A model generated the notes under the pieces. That model was given only the letters and a program-made list of their open reading frames with translations, searched no databases and had not been told where the DNA came from. Below, piece after piece: positions 11,898 to 25,849 of a DNA stretch of 64,000 nucleotides (positions are counted from its first letter, which is position 1; every line of letters starts with the position of its first letter). Source of the DNA: Octopus vulgaris (taxonomy: Eukaryota); contig OX597837.1 of the NCBI GenBank assembly GCA_951406725.2, positions 35,154,001-35,218,000 of the forward strand, read 5' to 3'. A program made the position numbers and the translations under genes.

Positions 11898-14800
11898 ATA
11901 TGTGTATGTGTGTGTCTGTGTGTGTGTGTGTATTGTACCAGCACTTGACAACTGGTGTTGGTATGTTTATGTCCCCTAGAAGTTAGCAATTCAGCAAAAA
12001 CAATCAACAGAATAAGTACCTGGCTTAAAAAACGAAAGGAATAAAGTACTGAGGTCAGTTCATTCGACTAAGAATTCAAGGTGGTGCCCCAGCATGGCCA
12101 CAGTCTAATGACTAACACTAGTAAACGATAGAAAGTAACAGATATGTACAATGACAAGTGAATGTTGGTGTGTGCATGTGTGTATATGCATGTGTATGAG
12201 TGTGCATATGTAGATGTGTGTATGAGCGGTCATGTATGACTATGTCTGTATGCGAGTGTGTGGGGGTGGGGTGGGGTGAGGTGGGGTGAATAGCTATGTA
12301 TGAAAATGTGTATGAGCACACATGCATTACTGTGTGTGATGTGTGTGTGTGATGTGTGTGTGTGTGTGTGTGTGATGTGTGTGTGTGTGCCCAGTTGTGA
12401 TGTCATCCTCACAGGAAGTCAGTCTTCCCAGACAGCCTAGCTTCGGCCACAGAGGTCAAACTTTGGACACAACCTAATTACAGGTAATTTTACAGGTGAG
12501 TCAACGCTTGTGTGTGTGAAAGGGTGGATTTAAATAGGTAGGTGTTGGGACTACACTATGTATGTATCTATGATGGTGGTGGTGGTGGCAGTGGTCATCA
12601 TGACTTTTAGCCCTAGGCTATCTGTGATGGCGCACACCTGTGATCAAAGGTGTTTTCAAACTGTGATCATCCTGTCTTATTTTTGTCAACCGTAGTGTAT
12701 CTAGGACTGTATTATCCAAAGTGACCATCCTTTTAACGTGATGATAAAGTAAACTATGAGGTAGATTTGGGTCTTTTTCTAGCACATTGAGTGACCACAT
12801 AGAAGCTTCTTTTTGGCTTTTCTCTGGAGGTGGGCAGGGTGGATTGTAATGGTGGTGGAGGGACAAGAATTGGTGGTGTTAATGGAAGATGAAAGTTAAG
12901 ATGGTATAGGCAGTGGTATTGGTTCTGTAGATGTTGTCATTGGTGGTGGTAGATCAATGCTGCAGTGATGTAGGCAGAGGTGAGAGGTGGTGGTGGTGGT
13001 AGTGGTGGTGATAGTGGTGTTGGTGGGTGGAGGTGGTGGCAGTGGTGATGGTGGTAGAGGTGAAGTGGTAGTGGTGATAGTGGAGGTGGTGATAGATGCT
13101 ATTGGTGGTGGTGGCGAGAGTGGTGTTGGTGGTAGTGTTGAGATTTGTTGTTATTGGTGGTGATGGCGGTAGTGGAGGTGGTAGTAGTGGTGATAATGGT
13201 TGTGGTGATAGTTGCCGTTGGTGGTGGATGAATATTGGAGTGGTGCAGATAGTAGTGTTGATGGTGGTGGTGGGGTGGCAGCGGTGGAGGTGGTCGCTAG
13301 TAGTGGTAAACAAGTGTTGGGAAGGTATAGGTGATAGTGGAACTAGTTACTGTTGGGAAGGTATAGGTGATAGTGGAACTAGCAGCGCTGGTGAATGGTG
13401 GAGGTTGTTGTGATTGTTACTGTCAGTGGTGGTAGTGGTGGTGGTGGTGGTGGTGGTGGTGGTGGTGGCGACTGAGGTAGTTGTTGATAGTAGTATAGGT
13501 AGTGGCGGTCGGGTGGTGTTAACGATGTAAGTTATTTACAGTGTTACATAATTAAAAGACAGACATAATTAACCACCAACCAATTTCAGTCTATTTGTGT
13601 CTTTAGGTGTTGTTGCTCTCGTATGACTATTGTTGTGGTGGCTGTTGTTGTATATCTCGGCTTTAAAATTGGCACGCTGCGACCCTGTGCATTGTAAGAG
13701 GCTACTAAAAAGGGGGTGGCCAAAGGAAAGGCATCCGGTCGTAAATCACTGGCTAAAGAAACCTGCCAACTTTTGGTCAGTAGAGGGTGGGGGTGGGGGA
13801 GGGGGCAGATGTTAAAACGATGATGATGATGATGATGATGGTAGTGGTGATGATGATGAAAATAATGATGTTATGTTGTTGACGATGATGATGATGATGT
13901 TGATGTTGGTTATATTGCTATTGTTGATGATGATAATAATAATGTGGTTGTCGTTGCTGTTGTTGTTGCCTGTAATGGTGTAATTTTTGTTGTTGTCACT
14001 GCTGCTCGTGTTACTGTTGTTGTAGTTGTGGCTAGTGGTTTGTACCCTCTCCCCCTACACACACACACACACAAACTCACATCCTCTCCAAATCAGACCA
14101 CCACCACCACCACCACTACCTCTTGAGCAAACCTCTTACCGAAGAGGTTCCAGCTATGACCATCTTGTCTCTTTGACTTCAGCCATTTTGTATCTGAGAT
14201 TGCATTTATTTACTGCGTCCTTCCTATGATTCTAACTTAAGCTAGCTGTTATTTCTAGCAGATTGAGTGATCCCATAGATCAGTTCCTTGCTGGCTCATT
14301 TCAGCTGTTATTGGTTTTGTTGTTGTTACTGCTGTTAACATGATTGTTGATATCATCATTATTATTATTATCATATAAGACAGTGAGTTGGCAGAATCAT
14401 TAGCACAGTGGATGAAAGGCTTAGCAGAATTTTGCCTGTCGCTATGTTGTGAGTTCAAATTCTACCAAGGTTGACTTAGCCTTTCATCCTTTCGGGATCA
14501 ATGAAATGAGTATCAGAGAAATACTGGGGTCAATGAAACCGACTAGTCCCCTCCCCACAAATTTCAGGCCTTGTGCCTTTAGTAGAAAGGATCATTATTA
14601 TTATTATTATTATCAGTGTATGTCATCAAAGTGACACTGGGGTAAAATATACGAAGCCCAATATACCCATCGTGACTACCCGTCTGATAAGGGTACACCA
14701 GGCCTATGCATCACAACCATATGTGCGCGATATGGTGATCTCATATCAAGATAAACAGCACATGACCTTGCAGGTGGGGTCCAGTTAGAATTTTCTTCAG

Positions 14801-15507
14801 GTTGAATAGCCCATCCCTGGATGGATTCGGATGAAACTTTCAGTGAAGTTTGGCCTCGTGACTGGCACAAACTGATTACATTTTAGGATCGATCCAGTAC
14901 CAGAAAAGGATTCTGGATTATTTGAGTATTATTTTTAGTATTCTCGTTTGTGAGAGCAGTCGAGTTTATTTCAGATATTCTCATTTTAAAAATCATCTCC
15001 GGCTAATCGTTGAGAGGACATTGGTGCTGCGTTAGGCGGAGGTTTGTGCTCTCTGGGTGCTCTTGTTATTAATTATGATGATGTTCATGTTATTGTTGCA
15101 GTTTGACCTTAGTCGTCTCTGACTTAGGTTTTACCTTTCACTTCTTTCAGTCATTATGCTGGAGCACTGCCTTGTCAAAGTGCCATGTAATGAGGACATA
15201 GACAAACCAACATTGGTTGTAAAGCAATGGTGGAGGACAGACACAAACAAAAACACACACAGATATCTACACACACACACACACACACACAATGGGCTGC
15301 TTTCAGTTTCTGTCTGCCAAATGTCACTCACTGCCAATACAGCTTGGCACCAGTAACATTGCAACTCATTTCTATAGCTGAATGAATTGGAGCGACATGG
15401 AATAAAGTGTCTTGCTCAAGAACACAACACACAGCCTGGTCCAGGAATCAAACTCACTACCTCAGGATTGCACCTTTACACACAAACACACACATATAGA
15501 CATACAT

Positions 15508-15740
15508 AAGGTGCTGAGCTGGCAGAAACGTTAGCGCGCCGGGTGAAATGCTTAGCAGTATTTTGTCTGCTGTTACATTCTGAGTTCAAATTCTGCCAAG
15601 GTCGACTTTGCCTTTAATCCTTTCAGGGTAGATAAATAAAATACCAGTTATGCACTGGGGTCAATGTAATCGACTTAATCCCTTTGTCTGTCCTTGTTTG
15701 TCCCCTCTATGTTTAGCCCCTTGTGGGCAATAAAGAAATA
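15508..15740 (+). mobile_element. SINE family B, near full length
   Basis: aaggtgctgagctggcagaaacgttagc...gagttcaaattc...gtgggcaataaagaaata. Similar copies at 14378-14592 and 61871-62095. Confidence 0.8.
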
Positions 15741-16239
15741 CATATAGACATACATATAAAGGATAAAGAACCTGTTAAGTCATGTATGACCAGGGGACTG
15801 TACCTAGAAAGTTCCCCTCTGATGTAAAGTCCGGGCAAGGATTTCTATGGAAGACCAGCAAGTGCCCATGCATACCAGCCTTCCCTCTCCACACCACTGA
15901 TGTAATCCAAGGGAAAAGCAAAGACTTATACAGCTTGCCACCAGTGTTTCCAAGCAAGGTAATATTTCCACATGACTATACTTTCTCATGGAAGGCAGAA
16001 AACAAATAACACCACTTTCATGAAATATGCTTATAATCATCACACAATGTCAAGACAATGGTACACACACCATACATACAGACATACTAATACTCACTTT
16101 TTTATGTTGAGGGCTTGTATGCCTCAATATTTGACTATTTTCTTCAGTTATTACACAGTAATTGCTTAGAAGCTTTATGCTTACATTTATTATTATTATT
16201 TACAGATATATGAGTGTATGTGTGTGTGTGTGTGTGTGA

Positions 16240-16495
16240 GGAGGCACAATGGCCCAGTGATTAGGGCAGTGGACTCGCAGTCGGAGGATCGTGGTTTCAA
16301 TTCCCAGACTGGGCGTTGTGTGTGTTTATTGAGCGAAAACACCTAAAGCTCCACAAGGCTCCGGCAGGAGGTGGTGGCGATCCCTGTTGTACTCTTTCGC
16401 CCCAACTTTCTCTCACTCTTTCTTCCTGTTTCTTGAGTAACGCTGCTATGGACTGGTGTCTCATCCAGCTGGGGGGAACACATACACCACAGAAA
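16240..16495 (+). mobile_element. tRNA-derived SINE (family D-related)
   Basis: A box tggcccagtga, B box ggtttcaattccc. Body also found reversed at ~46250-46447. Confidence 0.7.
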
Positions 16496-16562
16496 CCTCT
16501 CAAAATCATAATTTTGAAATACTTATAAAACCATCAACTGCTTGTTTATCTCTCTCTCTATA

Positions 16563-16608
<46 letters not shown>

Positions 16609-16701
16609 GCTGATTCGCTGATGTAAAGGTAACACACTTAGTCGCATTAACAAAGGGAAGTGGGTTTGACTGCCACATGGATAGAAAGCCTTCTTTTTAT
16701 T

Positions 16702-17108
16702 AGGTGTAGGAGTGGCTGTGTGGTTCGTAGCTTGCTTACGAACCACATGGTTCCGGGTTCAGTCCCACTGTGTGGCACCTTGGGCAAGTGTCTTCTACTA
16801 TAGTCTTGGGCCGACCAAAGCCTTGTGAGTGGATTTGGTAGACAGAAACTGAAAGAAGCCCGTCATATATATGTGTATGTGTGTGTATATGTTTGTGTGT
16901 CTATGCTTGTCCTCCCAACATCGCTTGACAACCGATGCTGGTGTGTTTACGTCCCTGTAACTTAACGGTTTGGCAAAAGAGACCAATAGAATAATTACTA
17001 GGCTTACAAAGAATAAGACCTGAGGTCAATTTGCTTGAGTAAAGGCAGTGCTCTAGCATGGCCACAGTCAAATGACTGAAACAAGTAAAAGAGTAAAAGA
17101 GTAAAGAG
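16702..17108 (+). mobile_element. SINE family A, full length
   Basis: Head aggtgtaggagtggctgtgtgg, B box ggttcagtccc, tail (GTAAAAGA)n. Confidence 0.9.
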
Positions 17109-17451
17109 TATACTTATATACATATATGCAAAATTTAGGTTAGTTAAAATATGTTTGTGATATACTTCAACTGCTGAAAGGCATATTCACAGCAGTTACC
17201 CTGGAGAAAATATTTCTCTTATAGTAAAAGGGTGTGAAAACACCCAGGGGTTCCTGATACATGGTGACACTGAAGAAACTAAGTGATTTCACACCTTTTT
17301 ACCATAAGAGAGATATGTTCTCCAGGGTAACTGCAGTGGATTTGCCCTTTAGCAGTTGAAATATATCGCAAGCATATTTTAACTAATCTAAATTTTGCTT
17401 ATGTCTGAACACTGCTTGGCACTAACATTTCATTTATATATATATATATAT

Positions 17452-17590
17452 ATACTAAATAATTAGGGTTCAGCAAAGATTTGCTTTACCACATACCGAA
17501 GTTTAGAAATAGCTAACGTTTTTTGGCTGCTATTTCTAAACTTCGGTATGTGGTAAAGCAAATCTTTGCTGAACCCTAATTATTTAGTAT
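17452..17590. repeat. Perfect inverted repeat, 62-bp arms, 15-nt loop
   Basis: 17452-17513 is the exact reverse complement of 17529-17590. Confidence 0.95.
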
Positions 17591-17695
17591 TACTTAAGTT
17601 TACCATGAAATGGTCCTTTTTTTTATGCCGAATTCCACTTAGTGAAATTATTGATTACTTCTTAATTAATTAATTTTACCCTTTGTTATTATTAT

Positions 17696-17726
<31 letters not shown>

Positions 17727-17889
17727 AGATAGGGGTTGTAAATTCAACCCTCCATGGGATAACATATATCCAATATACTGCTAGAGAAGTACCCAACAAA
17801 GCTAATACATAAATGTTAAAAATTGCGATGCAATTAATTCATTTACTGTATTAGGTGGGCAAAGGTAACAGTATTTTTACTGTAATTTA

Positions 17890-18285
17890 ATAATACAAAA
17901 TGAGAAAATGGAGAAATATATCTAAATCAATCATCAACTATCAGATAATACCGAATCATATACTTTATTAAAACACTACACAATAGCAAAGAGATTAGAC
18001 ATTAATACAGTACACTAATTACAAACAATATGGTGAGATATAACTAAATAAATATAACAAGATATAAAAATACATTTACATTATAACTTAGTTATGTAAA
18101 TGTATTTTTATATCTTGTTATATTTATTTAGTTATATCTCACCATATTGTTTGTAATTATTGTACTGTATTAATGTCTAATCTCTTTGCTATCGTGTAGT
18201 GTTTTAATAAAGTATATGATTCGGTATTATCTGATAGTTGATGATTGATTTAGATATATTTCTCCATTTTCTCATTTTGTATTAT
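17890..18285. repeat. Near-perfect ~400-bp palindrome
   Basis: ~195-bp arms with about 2 mismatches and a 3-nt bulge, centred on ATAACTAGTTAT. Confidence 0.95.
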
Positions 18286-18288
18286 ATA

Positions 18289-18320
<32 letters not shown>

Positions 18321-18796
18321 CTGTCGTTGGATTCCTTTCACCCTAGAAGGAACAGCTAAAGTCCAAACTACTATTATGGATAAAAACTCGAAGGGAATGA
18401 AAAATAAAAACATTTACTATCTATCTCCTGGACCAAGGTTTCTGACTCCTGAACACTGTACACTGTATTTATATGAATAATATATAGTCTATTGTATAAT
18501 GTTTCTACACTCTAGGCCACAGATAGTAAAAATTCCTAAAATCTTTATTACCCTGATATTATCAATTATATATATATATATATATACACATATAGCTGGA
18601 ATTTACAAAAAAACAAGAAAACAAAAGATGAATACAGGTGTGTAAACAACAAACAGGTGTATAAGTTTAATGCTCGGGAAAGTGAGAAAGTCTTTTACGT
18701 TTCGAGCCTATGCTCTTCAACAGAAAGGAACACGAGAAAATAAACAGAGAGAGAATAAAAAAAGCTTAGTGGCTAGCATTAGATCATATATATATA

Positions 18797-18831
<35 letters not shown>

Positions 18832-19838
18832 CTATATATATATATATATTTATAGATATTGATTATACTGTTTATGCCATAAGAATTGAGAAAGTTAAGG
18901 AGATATAAAAAGTAATTGCTTTTAACAAAGGAACATGTAGATAAAGATATATATAATTGTGTATAGATTACTGGGTTTGGAAACCTTTGACTTTTTCAAG
19001 CCAAAGGGTTTTCGAACCGAATATTCTACTTGCTATTATTTATAGCAGTTGTTCTTAAGCAAGGCTCATATGACCCCTGTTGATCCATATAAGATTTTTA
19101 GGGGTCCACATAAGCAAAATAGTAAATTGGGGAGTCCAAAATGGTATTTTAGGATTTCATGAAAATATTTTGTCTCAGGTGTATTTATTACAAGAAATAT
19201 CTCGGTTTCTTTCTCGAACTCCTCATGTAATTCAACATGTTTCCAGTCACAGAAACATGTCCTCTTGGAAAGTGCTATGGCAGACCTACATGAGTGAGCA
19301 TGTGAAAAACAAAATAGGAATTTTGAAAGACGTATATCTATAAAAACTAGTTTATCAACATTGAATAGTTATGGAGTGGGGGTGGGGAATGGCAGGGGTC
19401 CACCAGAGGAAAATAATAATCAAAGGGTTCCATAGATAAAAAATGGTTTATAGCTTTAGCTACCTCAAGTTCCACTGTTACACCTGCCTTGGTAAACTTC
19501 ATGGAAGAATAGATACTAAATGACAAAGTTCATGATGATATATCTATCTATCTATCAATTTATATATATATATATATATATACAAAAAGCAATAAAGATT
19601 CAAGTTAATTTAAATGAATTTACTTGAATATGGTACAAAAGTTCATTAAAGTTCTTTAAAGATGATGTACAGTCTTATCACAGAATTTCAAAAAAAGTCT
19701 TAATAGTATCACAGAGAAGGTGACCTAATCCATAGTGCACATATGAACTTCCAGAGATATGATGAGGGATTACATACTCACAGAAGACAAATTTATCCAT
19801 TGTTAATTACAACATATATATATATATATATATATATA

Positions 19839-20580
19839 CAGGGTGTGACGGGTAAATTGTTGCCATTTTATATTTTTAATTTTGGGCATGCGTATTGTTT
19901 GTTTTTGAATTTGTCAATCACGCAGTATAGTAGGGTCAGTTGGGCACTGTCTGTGAGAAAAATAGCACCATGACGAAATTCATTCTGCCAAAATTTGGAA
20001 ATGACATGCTGTACTGCTTGGCATTTGCACCGAAAGCTCCAACACTTCAGAGTTTGGGTGTCAATCTGAGGACATGTACCAAGAGTGATAAAAATCCAGT
20101 CAATATCATGGTGTTTGGAGTGATGACTAGTGATGGCAACATTATTCCTCCATTCATCTTCCCACACAGCCTCAGTCTCAACACAGAGGCCTATATCAAG
20201 TGCCTGGAGGAGTTAGTGCTACCCTGGGTAAAGAAGGTGGCTGCTAGAAGACCCTATGTCTGGCAACAGGACTCTACACCAAGCCACACCAACAGGAGAA
20301 CCTAGTCATGGCTGTCAGACAATTTCTGCGATCACACCAATCTTAACATCTGGCTACCTAATTCCCCAGACTGCAATTCCCTTGATTATTATGTGTAGAG
20401 TGCAGTTAAGTGAAAGACCAACAAAACTCCTTGTGACACCAAAGATGAACTGAAGGCAAGGATTATGGCAGCATTCACCAAATTAAACAAGGAGACTGTC
20501 CAGAAGAGTTGCAGGAGATTCTGAAGTCATCTTGAGGCCATGGCTGAAGCCAATAGCGATTTTATTGAATAAATTTACTC
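19839..20580 (+). mobile_element. Tc1/mariner-superfamily (maT/DD37D-like) transposon remnant
   Basis: TA|CAGGGTG start. Degenerate transposase IMVFGVMTSDG..PPFIF..YIKCLEELVLPW..YVWQQDSTPSHT..WLPNSPDCNSLDY with internal stops. Confidence 0.8.
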
Positions 20581-20701
20581 TTTAGTATTACAGAAAAATA
20601 AAAGAAGACAGGTGTATAAAGAAGTAGGTCTATTAGTTTGACACTTGGGAAGGTGACAAAGTCTTTTATGTTTCGAGTCTATGCTCTTCAACAGAAAGGA
20701 A

Positions 20702-21070
20702 TTCTTTTACTTGTTTCATTCATTTGACTGCAGCCATGCTGGAGCACTGCCTTGAAGTGTTTTTGTCAAACAATTTGACCTCAGGACTAATTTTTAAGCC
20801 TAGTACTTATTCTATTAGTCTCTTGGCTGAACTGCTAAGTTACAGGGACATAAGCATACCAACACCGGTTGTCAAGCAATGATGGGAGGGAGGCACACAC
20901 ACACACACACACAGACATATACACACATACACTGGCTTCTTTCAGTTTCTATCTACCAAATCCACTCACAAGGTTTTTGTCAACCCAAGGCTGTAGTAAA
21001 AGACACTTACCAGTGGGACTGAACCTGGAACCATGTGGTTAGGAAGCAAGCTTCTTACCACACAGCCATG

Positions 21071-21073
<3 letters not shown>
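20702..21073 (-). mobile_element. SINE family A
   Basis: Reverse copy with the diagnostic tail and head. Confidence 0.8.
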
Positions 21074-21115
<42 letters not shown>

Positions 21116-21960
21116 TATATATATAAATACAAAATGGGACAAGAACGCAAAACATTCAAATAGACGACAAAAAAAATGGACGGGTCATTCGAAGCCTCTA
21201 ATCTTCAGTCAAGAACCAGATCATCCTCGCAATTTCAGCTGATTAATCTTGAGATCGTTCCAATCCAGCCAGCCCCAAGGAAAAACTAAGCTACGAGCAT
21301 TAGATTTCTTGGAAAAAGGATCGAATGTATACGAAACAAGGACAGAAAAACGGACGATGCCACACAAATATAAATACAAAATACAATAATAGTAATAACA
21401 GGACAAAAACAACAGGTGTCTTTCGACTTTAGACAGTTCAACTTAGCTTAGCTGGCATATTTGGAAAATAATGCCTTACGGCAGACAAAGAAATCGATAC
21501 ACACACACACACACATTATATATCATATATGTGTATATGAAACTCCTAGAAATACTGGGATTCTCGAAGAAATAACAAACCAAAGTAATTCCCATCCTCC
21601 AAATGCAATCAACTGGTGGAACAGTGAAAAATTGTAAAACATTCCAGGAATTCTCCATTCAAGCTTCCTAGATTGAATATATGCACACAAGCAGAAATGA
21701 AGCACACACATTTATATATTAAAGTGACAAACATGATTACACGTTTAACCACATGGTTTAACCACATGCACACACCTAGAGAAATATACAAATATATACA
21801 CGCTTATTTACATTATTTACATTTGACAGATATTTGTCCTCATCTTGTTTGTTGTTGACATAACCTTTTGGCTGATATACCCTCCAGCCTTCATCAGGTG
21901 TCTTCAGGAAATTTCGAACCTGGGTTCTATTTCCTAAGGTATTTTTTGATGATATTATTG

Positions 21961-22006
<46 letters not shown>

Positions 22007-22080
22007 CATTCAGTTTACTGTCTGGAATCGAACTTGGAATTTGGGTTTAGTAGCCAGGCAGTGACCTGAATAACAATAAC

Positions 22081-22115
<35 letters not shown>

Positions 22116-22171
22116 TGATAACATCGAAAAATACCTTAGGAATGAGAACCCAGGTTCAAAATTTCCCCAAG

Positions 22172-22215
22172 ACACCTGATGAAGGCCAGAAAGTATATCG
22201 GCCGAAACATTGTGT
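22172..22215 (+). ncRNA. Minimal type I hammerhead ribozyme (Penelope-type, decayed)
   Basis: ACAC-CTGATGA-AGGCC...GGCC-GAAACATT-GTGT, with stems I and II pairing. An inverted copy lies at ~21860-21902. Confidence 0.55.
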
Positions 22216-22895
22216 ACTGTATAATATATTACTGACATATTTTAGATGTTCCTTCACTGAATATATTTTTCATGTGGGAATGTAGTTACAACAAAACAAG
22301 GAAGCACATTGTGATCAGTAGTATACAACATCCAACACTTTGGTCGATATAATGATATATATATATAAACATACATATGCATGTGTTTATATACATATAT
22401 AGTATTTATATAAAAAAACACACACATAATAGTATACTCATGTCATCAAAAATGACACCATTTAAAAAGAAATCAGTGCAATTAATATAAATAGTATACA
22501 GAAATTTTATTCAATGTATGTCACAGCATATATTTATTATGAATAATACAAATGAGTTTCTATATAAAATATGTGATAATTTTCCCATACTAAATTATAC
22601 ATATTTACAATACACACACATAATATGCATTCTAAACATTGCACATACACACACATTGTGAAGTGTATTATATGTTACCAAACATAACTTAGACGTTCCT
22701 TCATTAGTTTTTTTTTGTGGGGGAATATAAGTTGGAAGGACATATCCCTGGTTTTTTATTAGGCAGTTTATAAATAGTTTCCTGTTTAATTAAGCAGATC
22801 TTTTATTACAGCACAATTTTGTGAAGAATCTGTTTCCAATTAGATTTCCGAGATCATCACTTCTTTCTATACACAACATCAAATTATATATGTGT

Positions 22896-22942
<47 letters not shown>

Positions 22943-23155
22943 TCATCATCATCATCATCATCATCGTTTAATGTCTGCTTTCCATGGTAGCATGGGTTGG
23001 ATGATTTGACTGAGGTCTGGTGAACCAGATAGCTGCACCAGACTCCAATCTGATCTGGCAAAGTTTCTACAGCTGGATGCCCTTCCTAACACCAATGACT
23101 CTGAGAGTGTAGTGGGTGCTTTTACATGCCACTGGCATGAGGGCCAGTCAGGTGG

Positions 23156-23199
<44 letters not shown>

Positions 23200-24156
23200 G
23201 TTCAAACACAAAATTCTCTGAATAATATAGAGTCTATTGAATAATTTTTCTTTCTCCCTAGACCACTGGTAACTAAGAATTTTTTCGATGAATTTTCTTG
23301 CTACCCTAAGATTTTAGTTAATGATATATATATATATATTTATTTATTTAAACATTTACAAGAAGGGTGACAGTGAGTTGAAAGTTTTTCTTGCTAATCT
23401 TTGTTAGACAGCCTGATGAAGGTTAGCAGAGCAAAACTTCAAAGTTACAGTCACTCCTCTTTTTGTAAAAATTTAATAAATTTATACAAAAAAAAAATTG
23501 AGTAACTTTTCAGTTTATTGTCAAATTGTTTTTAAATATAATTTGACATGAACACACACACACACACACACACATGTATATACGTACGTATGTATGTATG
23601 TAGATCAGGTTAAAATCCAAACTATGCCTGCCCCCTTGAATCACATCTGCTTATTTCAGTATTTCAAATCCTTATGTAGATGATATATTTGTGTGAAGTG
23701 TACATAAGAGTTGAAAATACTAGAAAATATTTCCTGCAGAGTAATAATATTGAATCAGGAGATAGGAAAAATTGTTTGGTATTATTTATTCACCAGTACA
23801 CATGTTTCATTTCCTAATAGGAGTTACAAAATTGTACATGTAGTAGAAAACAGTTAACATATCTCTGATTAGAGATTCTTGTAGTGTAATAGTAGCAAAA
23901 AATTTTCCTATCTCCTGTTTTGGTATTCATATATACACACACACGTGTGTGTGTGTGTGATCATCATCATTAAACGTCCGCCTGCCGTGCTGGCATAGGT
24001 TGGACGGTTTGACAGGAGTCAGCCAGGTAGACATTAAATTATATACAGACAGACATATATTGTCCAATCCAAACAAGCATGGAAAATGGATGTTAAGTGA
24101 TGATGATGATTGATACATACACTTGCACATACATATACACATGCATACATATATAT

Positions 24157-24190
24157 CTGAAGATTTCTCTTGAATGAAACAGTACTAGTC
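24157..24190 (+). ncRNA. Minimal hammerhead-like motif
   Basis: CTGAAGA-TTTCTCTTGAAT-GAAAC-AGTACTA-GTC, with palindromic stem III. The 5' arm of stem I appears lost into a TA repeat. Confidence 0.4.
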
Positions 24191-24285
24191 CTGTAGAAGC
24201 TCCTTCTATATAATAAATTAATTTTACTCTGCTATGTATTGAGTACCTTACTTACTGTGGTTAACCCCGAATCAACCCGGGACCT

Positions 24286-24341
<56 letters not shown>

Positions 24342-25274
24342 TGTGCATACATAAATATATATATGTACACACATGCATACATAAATAATATATATATATA
24401 TATATATACACATGCATACATAAATATATATATATACACACATGCATACATAAATATATATATATACACACATGCATACATATATATATACACACACACA
24501 CACACATGCACACACATATATACACACACACACACATGCACACATACATATATATATACACACACATGCATACATACATATATATATATATATATATACA
24601 TACACACACACATGCATACATAATTATAACAAAGGATTGGCTATAAGCCACTCCACATGCTAGAAAAATAAACACCACACCAAAAGACACTATTATCACC
24701 TTAAAAACTCCAAAAAATAAAACACAGGCTGTAGTCAGGCAAAAGAAAGACAATGAATCAAACTTCTGGTTAAACTTGTACAAGATCCCATTTCAAGCTT
24801 AAGGTTAAAAAATTATACCTACAGCTCTCTTCAGCAACGATATTCCATAGTATATATTTACAAGTATCTACACATAATAATTTATATAATAATTATTTGA
24901 GGGAATATTATTCCTAACTTACAGGGAAAAATTCAATTTAGAAATACTAAATCAAATTTCACAAACTATAATATATATATAAATTAGAAAAAAACACCTT
25001 TTATCAATTCAAAATGAACAATTAAATTACACCATACATATATTAGAAATATTAAAATTAAAATAACAATAATATAACGATGATTAAGTAAATTGCAAAA
25101 TAATAATAATAATAATGTTATTCTACCAAATATATACATTTTATTATTATTTTGCAATTTACTTAATCATTGGTATATTATTGTTATTCTAATTTTAATA
25201 TTTCTATTATATGTAATTTTCTAGATGGTGTAATTTAATTGTTCATTTTGAATTGATAATAGGTGGTTTTTCTA

Positions 25275-25313
<39 letters not shown>

Positions 25314-25849
25314 TATATACATGCATGCATACATACATACACAAATGCACACACATGCATACATAAGGTAGCTTTTGATGTTTTAAGTCATGCCTTGCTT
25401 ACAGGACATCAGAAAGTTTCAAACAAAATGTAAAATTAAAATAAAATAAACCTCAAAAACAAAATTAAATTTTAAAAAAAACACTAAATTCTCACTTTCA
25501 CACCCTCCCCCCTCATTATGTCAGAAACAAAAAAATGAGGGCAGAGCTTTAACTGGTTGTTAAACCTGCTAGAAATAGCAACCAAATCTCCCTCAAATCA
25601 CACATCCTACTGTCTGCATAAAGGACAAACATATTGAATGATATTCTTATTGATACACTATGTCTGCAAAAAAATTTGAAAAACATAAAACAGATGGAAT
25701 GGTCATGGAAGGACTTTCTTTGATCATAGGTCTGTTCATTTTGCATGCTGGTTTGGATATAAACCAATAACAATACAATGAATTTGATCCCTCTTTGATA
25801 CTGACTTTGAGAGCCCTAATTTCACCAAAACCTAACCCTTAATTCTTAC

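Noticed and set aside
16240-16315. tRNA gene
   Set aside because: The A/B boxes continue into a dispersed repeat body, so this is a SINE head; no clean cloverleaf.
19464-19515. 52-nt phase 2-to-0 candidate for DCDC2 exon 2 (IYSSMKFTKAGVTVELE)
   Set aside because: Weak donor (gtagct) and no similarity. 57856-57919 has stronger sites and the YxxI motif.
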